Source: the human T2T-CHM13v2.0 reference genome, Homo sapiens. From it: DNA of 64,000 bases. Below, piece after piece: positions 1 to 13,602 of this stretch; the stretch's first letter is position 1; every line of letters starts with the position of its first letter. The notes under the pieces are model-generated. The model ran no database searches. It worked only from the letters and a program-made list of their open reading frames with translations, and was not told the DNA's origin. The stretch covers positions 5,312,001 through 5,376,000 of the forward strand of contig CP086569.2 of the NCBI GenBank assembly GCA_009914755.4. The letters are read 5' to 3'. Both the position numbers and the translations under genes were made by a program.

Positions 1-205
1 TTACTCTCATCTCTGCAATTATTAGCTATATGGTCATGGGCAAGTTACTTAATTATGCCTCAGTTTTCTAATCTCTCAGGTGGAGATAATATTAGTACCT
101 ACCTCATGGAAATGCTTTGAAGAGTAAATGAGAGATGATGTATCCAATGTTTTTAGAAGAGTTCCTGGCATAGATTAGGTCTTCAATAAGGGTCAGCTAT
201 ATTTA
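1..205 (+). mobile_element. MIR SINE fragment (core region)
   Basis: Matches the remembered MIR core consensus: 'gggcaagttacttaa..cctcagttt(c/t)c..atct....ataatattagtacctacctcat.g.....ttg..ag..taaatgagataatg'. Diverged, as expected for an ancient SINE. Confidence 0.5.
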
Positions 206-960
206 ATATGAGGATTAATTGAGAGAGAATGATTGTAAAACATTTAGGGTGGTGCTTATTCAGTACAAGTTAGTTCTTTTATAGTTATAAAATACACAAA
301 TAGTATATTCGTATGCTTACTATTGTTAAAATCCAAACAAAAGTGGTAACTCAATGGTGAATGAATTTTTAATATACATGTGTACACATACCCATTGCAA
401 TTTGAATAACTTAAAAGTTTCACCTGTTCTTTCTAAAACAAAACCCACAAAACTATGCAAATTGTTATTTTACTGGTGATGACAAGAAGAAGCATTTCCA
501 ACTAAGAAAGTAACAACCTTTATATTGTGAGGGTGCTAAAAATATTACTAGCAAAAATAATGAAGAAACTTTGGAAGTAAAAGAGGATATGAGGCTTATG
601 GAATTGATAAGAATAATGCATAGTGAGTAATTCCTTAATGTTTGGTATTACACAAAATGAGAATATTAGAATTCTGGCCACCACATAAGGTAAAATTTCA
701 TGAGGTTTTCTATTGGCTATAAAACATCTCAATGTATAAATATTATTTCTATTGAAAATCTTAACAACTCAGGCTTGAAATGAGGGTTAAGCTTCTGAAG
801 ATTCACTTATGTCAACATTTTTTTCATTTAAACTTTTCAATTTGAAAAGTACTTTTTTTCCCTTTTGTATTGTTATTTTCATAAAGTTCTTCACATTGAC
901 TTCTTCATCTTTCAATACGTAGTTTTTTACAGATTCTTTGAAGTATAAATTATATACCAG

Positions 961-1520
961 GAAATTCACCTATTATAAGTGTACAATTCAATGATTTTTA
1001 ACAAATTTACAGACTTCTACAACCATCACAATGACCCAATTTTAGAACACTTTTCCTCACCCCAAGAAAGACTGTGGCCACCCCAATTCTGAGCAACCAC
1101 TAGTCTGCTTTCTGTTCATATAGTTATATTCTGAACATTTAATATAAATGGAATTGTACAGTATGTTATCTGGCTTCACTTAGCATAGTGTTTTTAAGGC
1201 TAATCCATATTGTAGTATGTATCGGTACTCCATTACTTGTTATGGTGGACTAATATCCCATTGTATGGACATGACATATTTTGTTTATCCGCTCATCAGT
1301 TTGACTTGTTTCTACTTTTTGGCTACTATGAGCAATTCTTCTATAAACATTCATGTATGAGTCTCTGTGCACAGACACTTTTATGTTTTCATTTCTCTTG
1401 GATATATACCTAGGAGTGAAATACCCAGTTCATATGGTAACTCTATGCTTTAAGACCTGCCAAACTGTTTTCCAAAGCAGCTGTGCCATTTTATGTTCTC
1501 ACCAGCATTTTGTGAATAAG
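961..1520 (-). mobile_element. Ancient L1 (L1M-type) 3'-end fragment, antisense
   Basis: Reads as the reverse complement of an old L1 3'UTR/ORF2 end: 'tgtacaattcaatgatttttaac...cttcacttagcatagtgtttttaaggctaatccatattgtagtatgtatc...tatggacatgacatattttgtttatcc.ctcatcagttt...ggatatatacctaggagtgaaat...ctgccaaactgttttccaaag.agctgtgccattttat.ttc.caccagca'. Confidence 0.55.
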
Positions 1521-1632
1521 GAGGCGGAATAAGATCAGATAAAGTTTAGTTTTCTCAAATCGGTTTTGGTTATAATTATTTTAGGGCATCTGGCTTAACA
1601 GTTTGAAGTGATCAAAATTAATACCTTTAAAT

Positions 1633-1943
<311 letters not shown>

Positions 1944-1949
1944 TCACCT

Positions 1950-2293
<344 letters not shown>

Positions 2294-2439
2294 TCATATG
2301 TATTGATTTATCTTATAAGAAAAGGTAAGTCTTCAAATAGTACGATAATACGTGTTTCAGGGAGATACATATTGAGCATATTTTTCGTTTATTTACTAGT
2401 CAATTCTCATTTCTTATTATTTCATAAAGAATATTTTTG

Positions 2440-2712
2440 CAAATACCCTAAGTTAATAAGTCTAGAATTCAAAGTCCAAATGTTCTTATGTGAATTTAAA
2501 GAAAGGGTAGCCTTGACCCTGATTTCGAATGTGGTGAAGCGGCCCCAGCCGCCCCCCACAGTCTGCCCGTTGCTCATAGATCTCAAGGAAGTTGCTGGGG
2601 GACCGGTAGGCGTCATTCAGGTTCTGCGGCTTGGTGATCAGCCACTGGGTGTCAGCCATGGACTCCGCCATTTCGCTGTAGCCGCCGCCGCCGCGGGCTG
2701 CCATGACACGTT
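2440..2712 (-). pseudogene. SNX3 (sorting nexin 3)-derived pseudogene fragment: 5'UTR plus exon-1-like coding sequence with a frameshift; not a functional gene
   Basis: The minus strand reads 'gcggcggcggcggctacagcgaaATGGCGGAGTCCATGGCTGACACCCAGTGGCTGATCACCAAGCCGCAGAACCTGAATGACGCCTACCGGTCCCCCAGCAACTTCCTTGAGATCtATGAGCAACGGGCAGACTGTGGGGGGCGGCTGGGGCCGCTTCACCACATTCGAAATCAGGGTCAAG'. Frame A translates to MAESMADTQWLITKPQNLNDAYRSPSNFLEI. After a ~2-bp deletion, frame B gives SNGQTVGGGWGRFTTFEIRVK. Together these track human SNX3 residues 1-55 (MAETVADTRRLITKPQNLNDAYGPPSNFLEIDVSNPQTVGVGRGRFTTYEIRVK), as I remember that protein. The two six-frame ORFs 2486..2704(-) and 2422..2616(-) are the two halves. 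Recognisable similarity drops right after '...GGTCAAG'. Confidence 0.6.
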
Positions 2713-2800
2713 ATGGACTAAAACACAAACGATAAAAGGGTTACCTATTTACCGCTAACGCATTACCAGTCGTCCAACTGCTGAAGATAAGAAAAATGTA

Positions 2801-2803
<3 letters not shown>

Positions 2804-2836
<33 letters not shown>
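2804..2836. repeat. (TG)n microsatellite, ~16 units
   Basis: Pure 'tgtgtg...' run. Confidence 0.95.
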
Positions 2837-2837
<1 letters not shown>

Positions 2838-5800
2838 CATTTTAGCATTAAGTTTATAATGTACCCTTACTTTTAGTTAATAAAATATGTTTCCATCAAA
2901 AAAGGGTCGTCTAATTAAAATTTCTTCATCTGAAAAAGCTACCCACCATATTGAAAGCAATGACAATTTTTTTCTGTACAATAGCAATAATAATAATAAT
3001 TGCTCTAAGTAATATTACAAATTTAGTGTTATTACAAAGTACTTGGATACATGTTTGATATTTTCTATTGGAAAATGTCTTTCATTTGCAAATATACCTA
3101 GGGAAGCAGTAGGTCAAATGAAAAAGAAATTGTTCTCTTGAAATGTTATACTGCTCATGATTCAGTAAATGGGTATAGTTCATATCCTGTTCAAATAAAG
3201 AGGAAAGACTCATAGACCTTTTTCTGCTTATAAGCTTCTATTTTACCAGGTGAAGTCTTGATAATTCCATCAAACTTGGAACCTAATTAGAAAAGTGACT
3301 GATTTATATCTTCTCAGCTGTGTGAACATAATTCTGCCTATTGAATTGAGGGGTTGTTAATCCCTGGCAATCATGTTTGTGCCAACTTGACTGGTGATCT
3401 TAGACTATTTCCAGTCATAGGAGGTTGAAAAGCATGTGGATTTTAGAAAAGAAACAGGGAAAAGATGATGATTCTAAATAAAAACAGAACAGGACTAAAC
3501 AAAAGTCTTGATATGATGAAGTTCAGAAAATAAAAGATTCTGTGAAATGTACTGGTGAATGCTTGGGGAAATGAAGAAATAAAATGAAGCTTTTTCAGCT
3601 TGATTAACGTCTGACTTTTTGTTAACAGAAGTGGAATATGAGAATAGGTTTTATCTTCTAATGGAAAAAAGTATTTTGAAAAATGCTTTCTAGTTCACAT
3701 AGTTTAACAACAACAAAAATTTTAATATACAATGCTGAGACTAGTAAAAAATCAAATCCCAAGGGGGAAAAAGATTACTGAATCATATAATTAAACTATA
3801 CTTTACATATAGGTTTACTATAAATAATTTAGAATTTCAAATATGATCAGTGTATTTTCCAAAGTATGCATTTGCATTATATTTATAGAGGTAATCAATC
3901 TGTCTTATAAAGACTCAGATTTTACAATTTTCTTAATTTCCTCCTGTGTTAGAAAATAAAACACACAATGTCAAACGACGAGAACAACCTCAACCACAAA
4001 CACAACCATCTATATATGAAGGTTCATTTCAGAGAACAGTATCTTTCTAACATTTGGCATCTGCCATCTTCAGGACCATTTCAGAGAAAAGGGACTGACC
4101 TGGCAAGAGAAATGTAAGATAAGGTGATCTATGATAGGCACGACTGGGTGTTTTTCTGACAATGACTTGCTAAATAAAAGAATGACTTTTTGTGAAAGAT
4201 GTGAGAATGTAAGCCTGGATTGATTTATGTGAGGTATTGTCCAGGCTGAATGTGAACTAAATAATGTCTCACAGTACCCAATATTTTATTAATTGTTTCC
4301 CATCAAGGGCAAATTGGAGAATAGATAACAATAATCTGAATGATTCGAACCTTCCCTATTCTACCCTATCCCATAACTTTTATCCTCCCTTCTTTTGTTG
4401 CAATTGTCTGTGCATTTAAAAAACCCAAAATATAAAAAACAGAGCTTGAGTGTGTGTGTGCATGCATACCAAATTTCAAATGTGAGTTGGAATTGCATCA
4501 GAGATCTCTCTGAAAGCCAATTCAGGCTCTTGAGAAAATTGTCAACAATTAGTAGTGACATAGCTACATCACATTACCATTCTTTTGGTAAAGCTGGCAA
4601 TGGTATAAACTTTCCATAGCCTTCGTGGTAATTCAAACATGGATTGCTTTATGCCCAGTGAAATAAACTTTGAGATAAGAAAATTAATCATGTGAACTAG
4701 TTTTCAAGGGAAATACAGTGTACCAGAACACTGGTCTTAAATATATAACATTAGATAGCCAACTGTATAAAAAGGACTGCTCATTTTAAATGGGATTTGT
4801 GTCTTTATTAAATTTTATCTCATGGGATTTTTATTTCTGCCTAAATATATATAGCATTAATTATACGAAAATTAATAAAATCAAATTTATTTTCTAAAGT
4901 ATTCACTTAATTCAGACATTTATGTGAAGTAGGCTTCCCCTTCCATCTTCTCTTCCCAGCTTCACTTCCTATCATGAAAAGTTACATCCATAAACTTTGG
5001 GTGAAATACCTCTTGAGCAATGCTACCTGATTCAATAAAGTTTTTTCTCTATTTGTAAAAAATGTTACTGTTTTCATATATCAAGTCCATCAAACTATAC
5101 TCTGTAATTGTTGACTTCTGTGATTTTTAACAAATATTGTCATAGTGCAATGATAGCATTTTCATTCACAGGGGCTCAGCTCTGTCTTCTTTTGGTAAAA
5201 ATTGCTTGCTCTAAGATGATAGATTAATCTCAAAATTGATGGATTGATTTCTCTTTTTTTATTGGTTGGTTTAAGCAAACCAGTATGTAAAAACTATCAC
5301 ATAATTTTAAATAGTTTTTTAAGTTGAATCTCTTTCCTATCTGCCTTAAACCTCTTTGTGTTAATTAATTCTGTGGTTTTAACTGAACTTTTATCTTGAA
5401 AAATATCAGTAAACTCATCCAAATTGAGAAGTAAATGTGATATGTTTTCCCTTTGTGAAATGTCTTTCCATGTTTTTCAAAATCTTCCTGTAAGTTTCAT
5501 TTACTTTATCCTTACCTATCATGTGGATATTGTTATTAGAGCTTCCTTAGCAATAATAATCACAAAACTATGTGTGTGTGCATGTGCACATATATGAAGT
5601 ATATATATACATACTCTGTAAACTCAATCCAGTGAATGTTAAGGAGTCTGCTATGGATCTACTTAACTGAGTCAATTTATCTTCTTGAACATCACAATCT
5701 TCGTAACGATTAAAAGGAGCCAATGTTTTATACTTTCCACTTGGTCCAGTGACCTATTTGACTTGCTTATGTAAGTCCTCTTTCCTCAACCTTACAAAAG

Positions 5801-5889
5801 GTAGAATAATCAGGGCCTTCAGGATTATATCCTAGCTTGGCCTGTTTAAGACCTTCTGCGAGCATGCTAGCAAAAGAAAAGTTCCCTAG

Positions 5890-6240
<351 letters not shown>

Positions 6241-7685
6241 AAAAAATTTTTTAAGTTCTGATTCTGCTGCTTACTATACTGTTTGGCCTTGGACATTTTG
6301 AACCACATTTCTTCATTTGCAAAATGAGGACCATAATGCTTCATAAAACTTCATTTGTTGTGATAATACATTACACATGCCTAGTGCTTAATACAATGTA
6401 TTGGCAGATGAAGAAATCCATATAGAGAAGATGAGTAACTCACTCAAGCTCACACAGTAGGCAGCAGTGGAATTGGGTGTTATCTCATTCATAATTGAAG
6501 CCAAACTTGTATTTATCCTTCTATTATAGTAGCAAATAGACTTCTTTATTATCTCTATCAAAACATGATACAAAATTGATCTCTTCCTCTCTCCTAATGC
6601 CATCTTATATGTGCTTTATCTTTTTATTTTTACTTTATGATTAAATTAATATCATTCTGGCAACGTACTTAAGTATAATTAATTATGACTCCTTCTTTGC
6701 TCAAGATAAAAATATATCATTAGTGACTATGAACTCATCTATCAAAAAGGGTATTAACCTATCTGTTCTAATTAGTTCAATTTATTATAGGGATTAGAAA
6801 ACAAATATCATAGTGACGTCATATTCTTTGTTTTTTTGACTTATGACAGGTAAATCAAAAGTGTACCCTTTATTATTAGTTAATTTTTAATAATCTCAGT
6901 ACAGTCAAATAGTATACTTCATTTCTTCAGTATGTCATATTTACAAGGATATACTTTGTCTTTATTCCTCTCATTCATTTTGCCTTCATATGCTCTTTTT
7001 AAGTACATTTTAATAGTAAAAGCCCCCAAAAACATGTAAATCTTTTGAGCTTTTGAGGGTTTCTGACCAAAGATAACAATAGTATCAATAGCTGTATCTT
7101 TGGAGATTTGAATTTTTACTATAATGGTTGAAAAATAATACTGACAAACATTAAGCACTTTCTTTGTCCTGTGGGATAGGGTGGAGGGAAAAACTGATTG
7201 GCTTCTAATTACATAAGAGAGGAGATAGGATAATTAGACACCACTTGTAAAAATAATTCCAAGTACAGGAAAAATGCTGATAAATACAAATCTTGTGGGG
7301 ATAAAGGAGAGAAATAGAAAGGAATCAACATGAACACTTAACGGTATTTATAGAATAAGCATACCTCGACGATATTGTGGGCTCAGTTCCAGACCATTGC
7401 AATAAAGTGAAATACTGATAAATACAAATCTCTCAGATTTTTTTTTGGTTTCCCAATGCATATAAAAATTGTGTTTACATTAAGCTATAGTCTATTAAAT
7501 GTGCAAGAGCATTATGTCTTTTAAAATGTATATACCTTAGTTTAAAAATATTGCTAAAAAATGCTGAAGATCATCTGCACCTTCAGGGGATAGTAATCTT
7601 GTTGCTGGTGGAAGGTCTTACCTCAATATTGATGGTTACTGACTGATCAGAGTGGTGGTTGCTAAAGGTTGGAGTGGCTGTGGCA

Positions 7686-7832
7686 TTTTTTTTTTTTTTT
7701 TTTTTTTTTGTAGAAACAGGATTTCGCCATGTTGACCAGGCTGGTATTGAATTCCTGGACTTGAGTAATTCTTCTGTCTTGGCCTCCCAAAGTGCTGGAA
7801 GTACAGGCATGAGCCACCACACCTGGCCTGGC
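7686..7832 (-). mobile_element. Free left Alu monomer (FLAM-like, ~125 bp + T24 tail) nested in Tigger1
   Basis: T24 followed by 'gtagaaacaggatttcgccatgttgaccaggctggt.ttgaattcctggacttgagtaattcttctgtcttggcctcccaaagtgctggaagtacaggcatgagccaccacacctggcc'. It interrupts the Tigger1 sequence between '...ggtggctgtggca' and 'atttcttaaaataagacaac'. Confidence 0.8.
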
Positions 7833-7859
7833 AATTTCTTAAAATAAGACAACAGTGAT

Positions 7860-9480
7860 GTCTGCTGCATCAATTGACTCTTCCTTTCACAAAAGATTTC
7901 TCTGTAGCCTGCCATGCTGTTTGATAGTATTTTACCCATTGTAGAACTTCATTAAAAAATTGGAGTCAGTCCTCTCACTGCTGCCACTTTATCAACTAAG
8001 CTTACATAATATTGTAAATCCTTTATTTATATTTCAACAATGTCCTCAGGATCTTCACCAGTAGTAGTTTCTATGTCAAGAAACCATTTTCTTTGCTCAT
8101 CCTTAAGAAGCAACTCCTCATCTGTTAAAATTTTATCATGAGATTGGAGCAGTTCAGTCACATCTTCAGGCTCCACTTTTAATTCTAGTTCTCTTGCTAT
8201 TTCCACCACATCTGCAGTGATTTCCTTCACTGAAGTCTTAAACCTCTCAAAGTCGTCCATGAAGGTTGGAATAAACTTCTTCCAAACTCCTGTTAATGTT
8301 AGTATTTTGACCCCCCTCCCATGAATCATGAATGTTCTTAATGGCATCTAGAATGGTGAACCTTATCCAAATAATTTTCAATTTATTTTACACAGATGTA
8401 TCAGAGGAATCACAATTCAATGCAGCTATACCCATGGAAAATATGTTTATTAAATAATGAGATTTGAATATCAAAATTATTCTTTGATTCATGGACTATA
8501 GAATGAATGTTGTGTTAGCAAGAATGAAAACAACTTTAATCTGCTCGTATGTCTCCATTAGAGCTCTTGACTGACCAGGTACATTGGCAATGAGCAGTAA
8601 TATGTTGAAAGGAATCTTTTTTTCTCAGCCGCAGATCTAAACAGTTGGGTTAAAATATTCAGTAAACCATGCTACGAAAATATGTGCTGTCATTCAGGCT
8701 TTGATGTTCCATTTATAGAGTTCAGGCTCAGTTCATCTAGCGTAATTCTTAAGTGCCCTAGGTTTTGCAGAATGGTCAATGAGCACTGGTTTCAAATTAA
8801 AGTTGTCAAATGCATTAGCTACTAACAAGAGAATCAGCCTGTCCTCTGAAGCTTTGAAGCTAGGCATTGACTTCTTTTCTCTATGAAAGTCCTACATGGT
8901 ATCTTCTTTCACTCTATGGCTGCTTCATCTACATTGAAAATCTGCTGTTTAGTGTAGCCACCTCCATGAATTACTTTAGCTAGATCTGGATAACTTCCTG
9001 CAGTTTCTTCATCAGCACTTGCTGCTTCACTTTGCACTTTTTTGTTATGAAGATAGCTATTTTCCTTCAACCTCATGAACCAACCCCTGCTAGCTTCAGC
9101 GTTTTCTTCTGCAGCTTCCTTACCTCTCAGCCTTCATAGAATTAATCTTTTCTCTGGATTAGGCTTTAGCTTAAAGGAATGTTGGGACTGGTTTGAACTT
9201 CTGTTCAGACCAGCAAAACTTTCTCAATATTAGCAGTAAAGCTGTTTTGCTTTTTTGTAATTAATGTGTTAACTGGAATATAACTTTTACTTTTCTTCAA
9301 GACCTTGTCCTTTGCAGCCACAACTTGGCAAACTATTTGGTGCAAGAGGTCTAGCTTTTGGCTTATCTTGGCTTTTGACATGTCTTTCTCACTAAGCTTA
9401 ATCATTTCTACCTTTGATATAAAGTTAGATATGCATGACTCTTTTTCACTTGAACACGTAAGATGCCATTTTACGGTTAT
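7860..9480 (-). pseudogene. Tigger1 transposase (CENP-B/pogo-like) coding remnant, split into several ORF fragments by frameshifts
   Basis: ORF 9205..9405(-) reads MIKLSEKDMSKAKISQKLDLLHQIVCQVVAAKDKVLKKSKSYIPVNTLITKKQNSFTANIEKVLLV, which is the N-terminal helix-turn-helix region. ORF 8027..8347(-) reads ...[96 protein letters not shown] 7583..7939(-) reads MGKILSNSMAGYREIFCERKSQLMQQTSLLSYFKKLP. All match the remembered Tigger1 transposase. Confidence 0.8.
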
Positions 9481-12404
9481 TAATTGGCCTGATTTCAGTA
9501 TTGTTGTGTGTCAGGAAATAGGCCAGAAGAAAAAGAGAGAGATGGGAAAATGGCTGGTCAGTGGAGTAATCATAACACACACATTTATTGATTGTTCGCC
9601 CTCTTATCTGGGCCTGGTTTGTGGTATCCCAAAGCAATTATAATAGTGACATCCAAGGCCACTAATCACCATAACAGATATAATAATAATGAAAACGTTT
9701 GGAATATTGTGAGAGTTACCAAAATGTGACACAGAGACCCAAAGTAAGCACACGCTGTTAGAAAAACGGCATGGATAGACTTGTTGGACACAAGGTTGCC
9801 ACAGATCTTCAATATGTAAAAAACACATCTGTAAAGAACAACAAAGTGAAGTGCAGTAAAATGTGGTATGCTTGTAAATGTTATATTATTGTGTTTACAA
9901 CATGCTGCGCTGAGCAATTTACAGATGTTATATCTAATTTTCAAAATAGTCCTTCTGAAGAAGAGGAATTCCAAACTCACTGTGGAGCTTAAGAAAAAGT
10001 GGGTAACATATTGTGGTGAGAGAGTTAATTAACTTTCCTAAGATCAAAAATTTTAAAGTGCCAAAACAAAAAATCAAGGCCAAGTCAGTCTGACCCTAAG
10101 AATAATGCTTCTCCCAGAACTTTACATCACTTGGATGAAATGTATCCAAGAGTTATTCTCAGCAGTTAAGATTTGGCCACTAAGAAAGTAAGGCTTTCTG
10201 ACAAATCTGCCATAGATGGGCCATTCAGAGAGTGAGCTAAATATAAAGGAAAGAAAATAAGAGGCAAGGCCTCCTGCACTATTTTAATGATATGCACATC
10301 TTTTAAAATGTGTCTTATTTTAATGTCTTTTCCCCCAGAATAACATCAAAGCGACAGGCAATCCATTCTGTAGTTGCTATCCAATGTCATATCTATTTTT
10401 CTCAGTGATGCACTGCTTTTTGACCAAAATAATGATATTTATTAGTTTGGATGAGTCACCTTTTTTTGCATAGTACTCAGCCCACTGGCTTCTTTGAATC
10501 CCTTTCTAGATATACAGGGAATAGTTACTATTAGTCTAGCTCTAAAATTTTATATTATTAAATTGCTCCACAAATGTTGCATCCAGTCATTTCCTCTTCA
10601 TTTTTCTCTCTTAAGGTGTTAGAGAGCTGTGAGCTACATTTTCTTTCTATAAAAAGCAAGAGTAACGTTAGACATCGCTCAGATCTCAGAAGAAAACATG
10701 TTGAATGATGATTGAAATTTGACATTAACTAGTGCTATTGCAGTCTTAACTGAAGGTCACAGGATATGTGACCACCAAAATTCCCTCCTAGACTCAGTGG
10801 TGGATGCCAGAGATTTTCTCCACTGTTTTCCTTATCTGCTTTCGTCACTCTGTCCCATAAAGTTCACAGGGCTTCTCTAAGGGAAGGGTCAGGCACTGTA
10901 GTGAACACTTATCTTTTCTTTTAAAGACTTCCAGAGATAGAGGTTTTGCAGCAGTGAATCAGTATGCCTTTCTGGTAGTTCGCATTGTCATGAAATTCTT
11001 TCTTTTATTTTCACTTTTCTTACTCCCCAATCCAAAGCTTCTTCTCTTTTTGTTTTTCTTCTTTTTATTATCCTTCACCTCACAATCCATCATACATTTG
11101 TTTTTATGTAATTTTTAGCATTTTTTTCAAATGAAATAGGCCATTTTAGATTCTTTTTTATGAATCAATTTTTCAATTAAGGTGAGTTCTTTCTGAGATT
11201 AGAATTTTTTTCTGTATGCAGTACTAGGGAGGTTACAAGCCATATGAGTAAACGCTTAGCACAGAAGACAAGAGATTGGTGTTCGAGAACATTTCAAAAG
11301 TGGCTTCAAATGCAAAACTACACAGAGCAAAATTTCTGTTTTCATTTATTACATATTATATGGAGTTAAATGTTAAATACTATTATACCTCAGTACCGTG
11401 ATTCTGCCTTTATCTTCATTGATTTTAAACAAAAGATCTCTTTTCCATCTTCTCGCTTTAAGTTGCTCTAGAGTTGCGAATCGGGGTTTATAATCTGAAG
11501 CAAATACATCAAGACATAAATCAGGTTAACAGGGGAAAATCCAGATGTCCAAATTCTACTCTACGTCTTTTATCCAAAATTTGAATTATTTGCCTGTTCA
11601 TTTTTCAGAAGCGACTTCTGCAAATACACATTATAGTAAAACGAATGAGACAAGAATATTTATTTTTCTGGCTTATATTCTGATTTCTGACATGTTATCT
11701 TCCAATATGGGTATCTACTGCCCATATTGATATCTACTGCCCATAGCAACTGCCCAGTTGTCAGTAACCCCATCCCTATTTTTGTACCCATTAAAAAAAA
11801 GATTTGTGTTTAGTTTCATTGGAGCAGTAGTTTTCAGCATGAATTTGACCTTTTTTTTTTTTCTAAGACCAATTACTAATTAAATTTATCATCTGGTATT
11901 CTGTTCTTTGTCCCTTCAATAGACTGTTGTTTCAATCTCTTGCCATTCTGTGACTTGACATTCCCTTGAGATGTGATAACTAACTAAAGTTAACTTAATA
12001 GCAGCATAGAAAATTCAGAGAGTATCATCTGTACAAGTGTATGTGTATAGTAATACCTAAAATTTAGTACAGGGCATGTGCTTGTGTCTCTAATCAGGAC
12101 CTTGTGTTTTTGCTATGAGGAACTCTATGATTTCTAATAATTAATCCTCAACCTACCACAGAATTAACTCTGACAGTTGGGAACACCTAAATGTTTTCCC
12201 TACTCAGTTAATATAAAACAGTGCCAGAAAGGAATCCTTAAATGGAAACTTGGAAGAATATTCATAAACTATTACATGTCTTCAATCAACCCACAAAATG
12301 AACTTAAACCTCATTTTTATTAAATGAACTTAACCTTTGTATCTATGCAGTATTACAATTAACATTAGCATAACTCTCTTATTAATTTTGAATTCTTTTT
12401 GTCA

Positions 12405-12870
<466 letters not shown>

Positions 12871-13602
12871 TAGAATTACTATCTTATCAGTTCTTGGCCA
12901 ACCATGTACACAACTGAATATTGAAAAGTTAATACATTCTTTATCAACCTTGCCTTACAAATATTATAACAATATCCTTTCTTGAAGCTAGTTTTTTGAA
13001 GCTTTAATTGATAACCATTTAAAAGAAAAATATTTCAATAATAATGCAAATTTCGTGAGGGCATGGAATTCATTCATTGGGTCATTTTCTTATTTTTTGC
13101 TCCAATTTTTTAAATTTTAGAAGATTAAACACGGAGTGCTACAGGGTGACCTAAGAATGAATTGGGATACAATACTAACAAATAGAATTCAGTACTTGGG
13201 CTCCAGATTCCCTGTTGCTCCCTGTAGCCAAATCTTTTTCAGGGATCAGAATATAATAGGTCAGTATCTGAACTTTGAAGAGTATCTGCCCTTAAAATAA
13301 AATTCATTCTTAATTCATCACGGGAGATGTATGTCCTCGTAGGCTGACTTTAGCATTTTTTTTCTTTTTTCTTCTACAACCTGCAACATAACATTTGGTA
13401 TATGGTTCCAGTTCTATGATCATTAGCAGCCTTTGGAGTACTGTAGGTGTGGCAAAAATGAAGTGAAGAAAAGAAGAATTTTCAAATTCCTTCATGAAGC
13501 TAAGACTTTAGGAGAATTGAGATTTTTTTAATAAGCTCTACTCTAATTGCTTGCTTAATAGTTCATGTTTACAATGGGGAGCCATTGTTCGCACACTACC
13601 CA

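Larger units (their letters stand above)
7355..9873 (-). mobile_element. Tigger1 (pogo/Tc1-mariner superfamily) DNA transposon, near full length, with a free left Alu monomer (FLAM) inserted
   Basis: The ends match the remembered Tigger1 termini ('gcatacctcgacgatattgtgggctcagttccagaccattgcaataaagtga' ... 'gttaccaaaatgtgacacagagac.caaagtaagcacacgctgttagaaaaacggc.tggatagacttgttggacacaagg ttgccacagatcttcaatatgtaaaaaacaca...cagtaaaatgtggtatgcttg'). Internal minus-strand ORF fragments translate to pogo-like transposase. Confidence 0.85.

Noticed and set aside
2505-2712. The GC/CpG-rich 200-bp patch as a possible CpG-island promoter.
   Set aside because: It is too short, it is explained by homology to the SNX3 5'UTR and exon 1, and it sits on a frameshifted copy with Alus and AT-rich DNA on both sides. 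The promoter-like look is inherited from the parent gene, not evidence of local promoter activity.
9305-9643. 112-aa ORF on + strand inside Tigger1.
   Set aside because: It is antisense to the Tigger1 transposase N-terminus, and the real (decayed) coding strand is minus.
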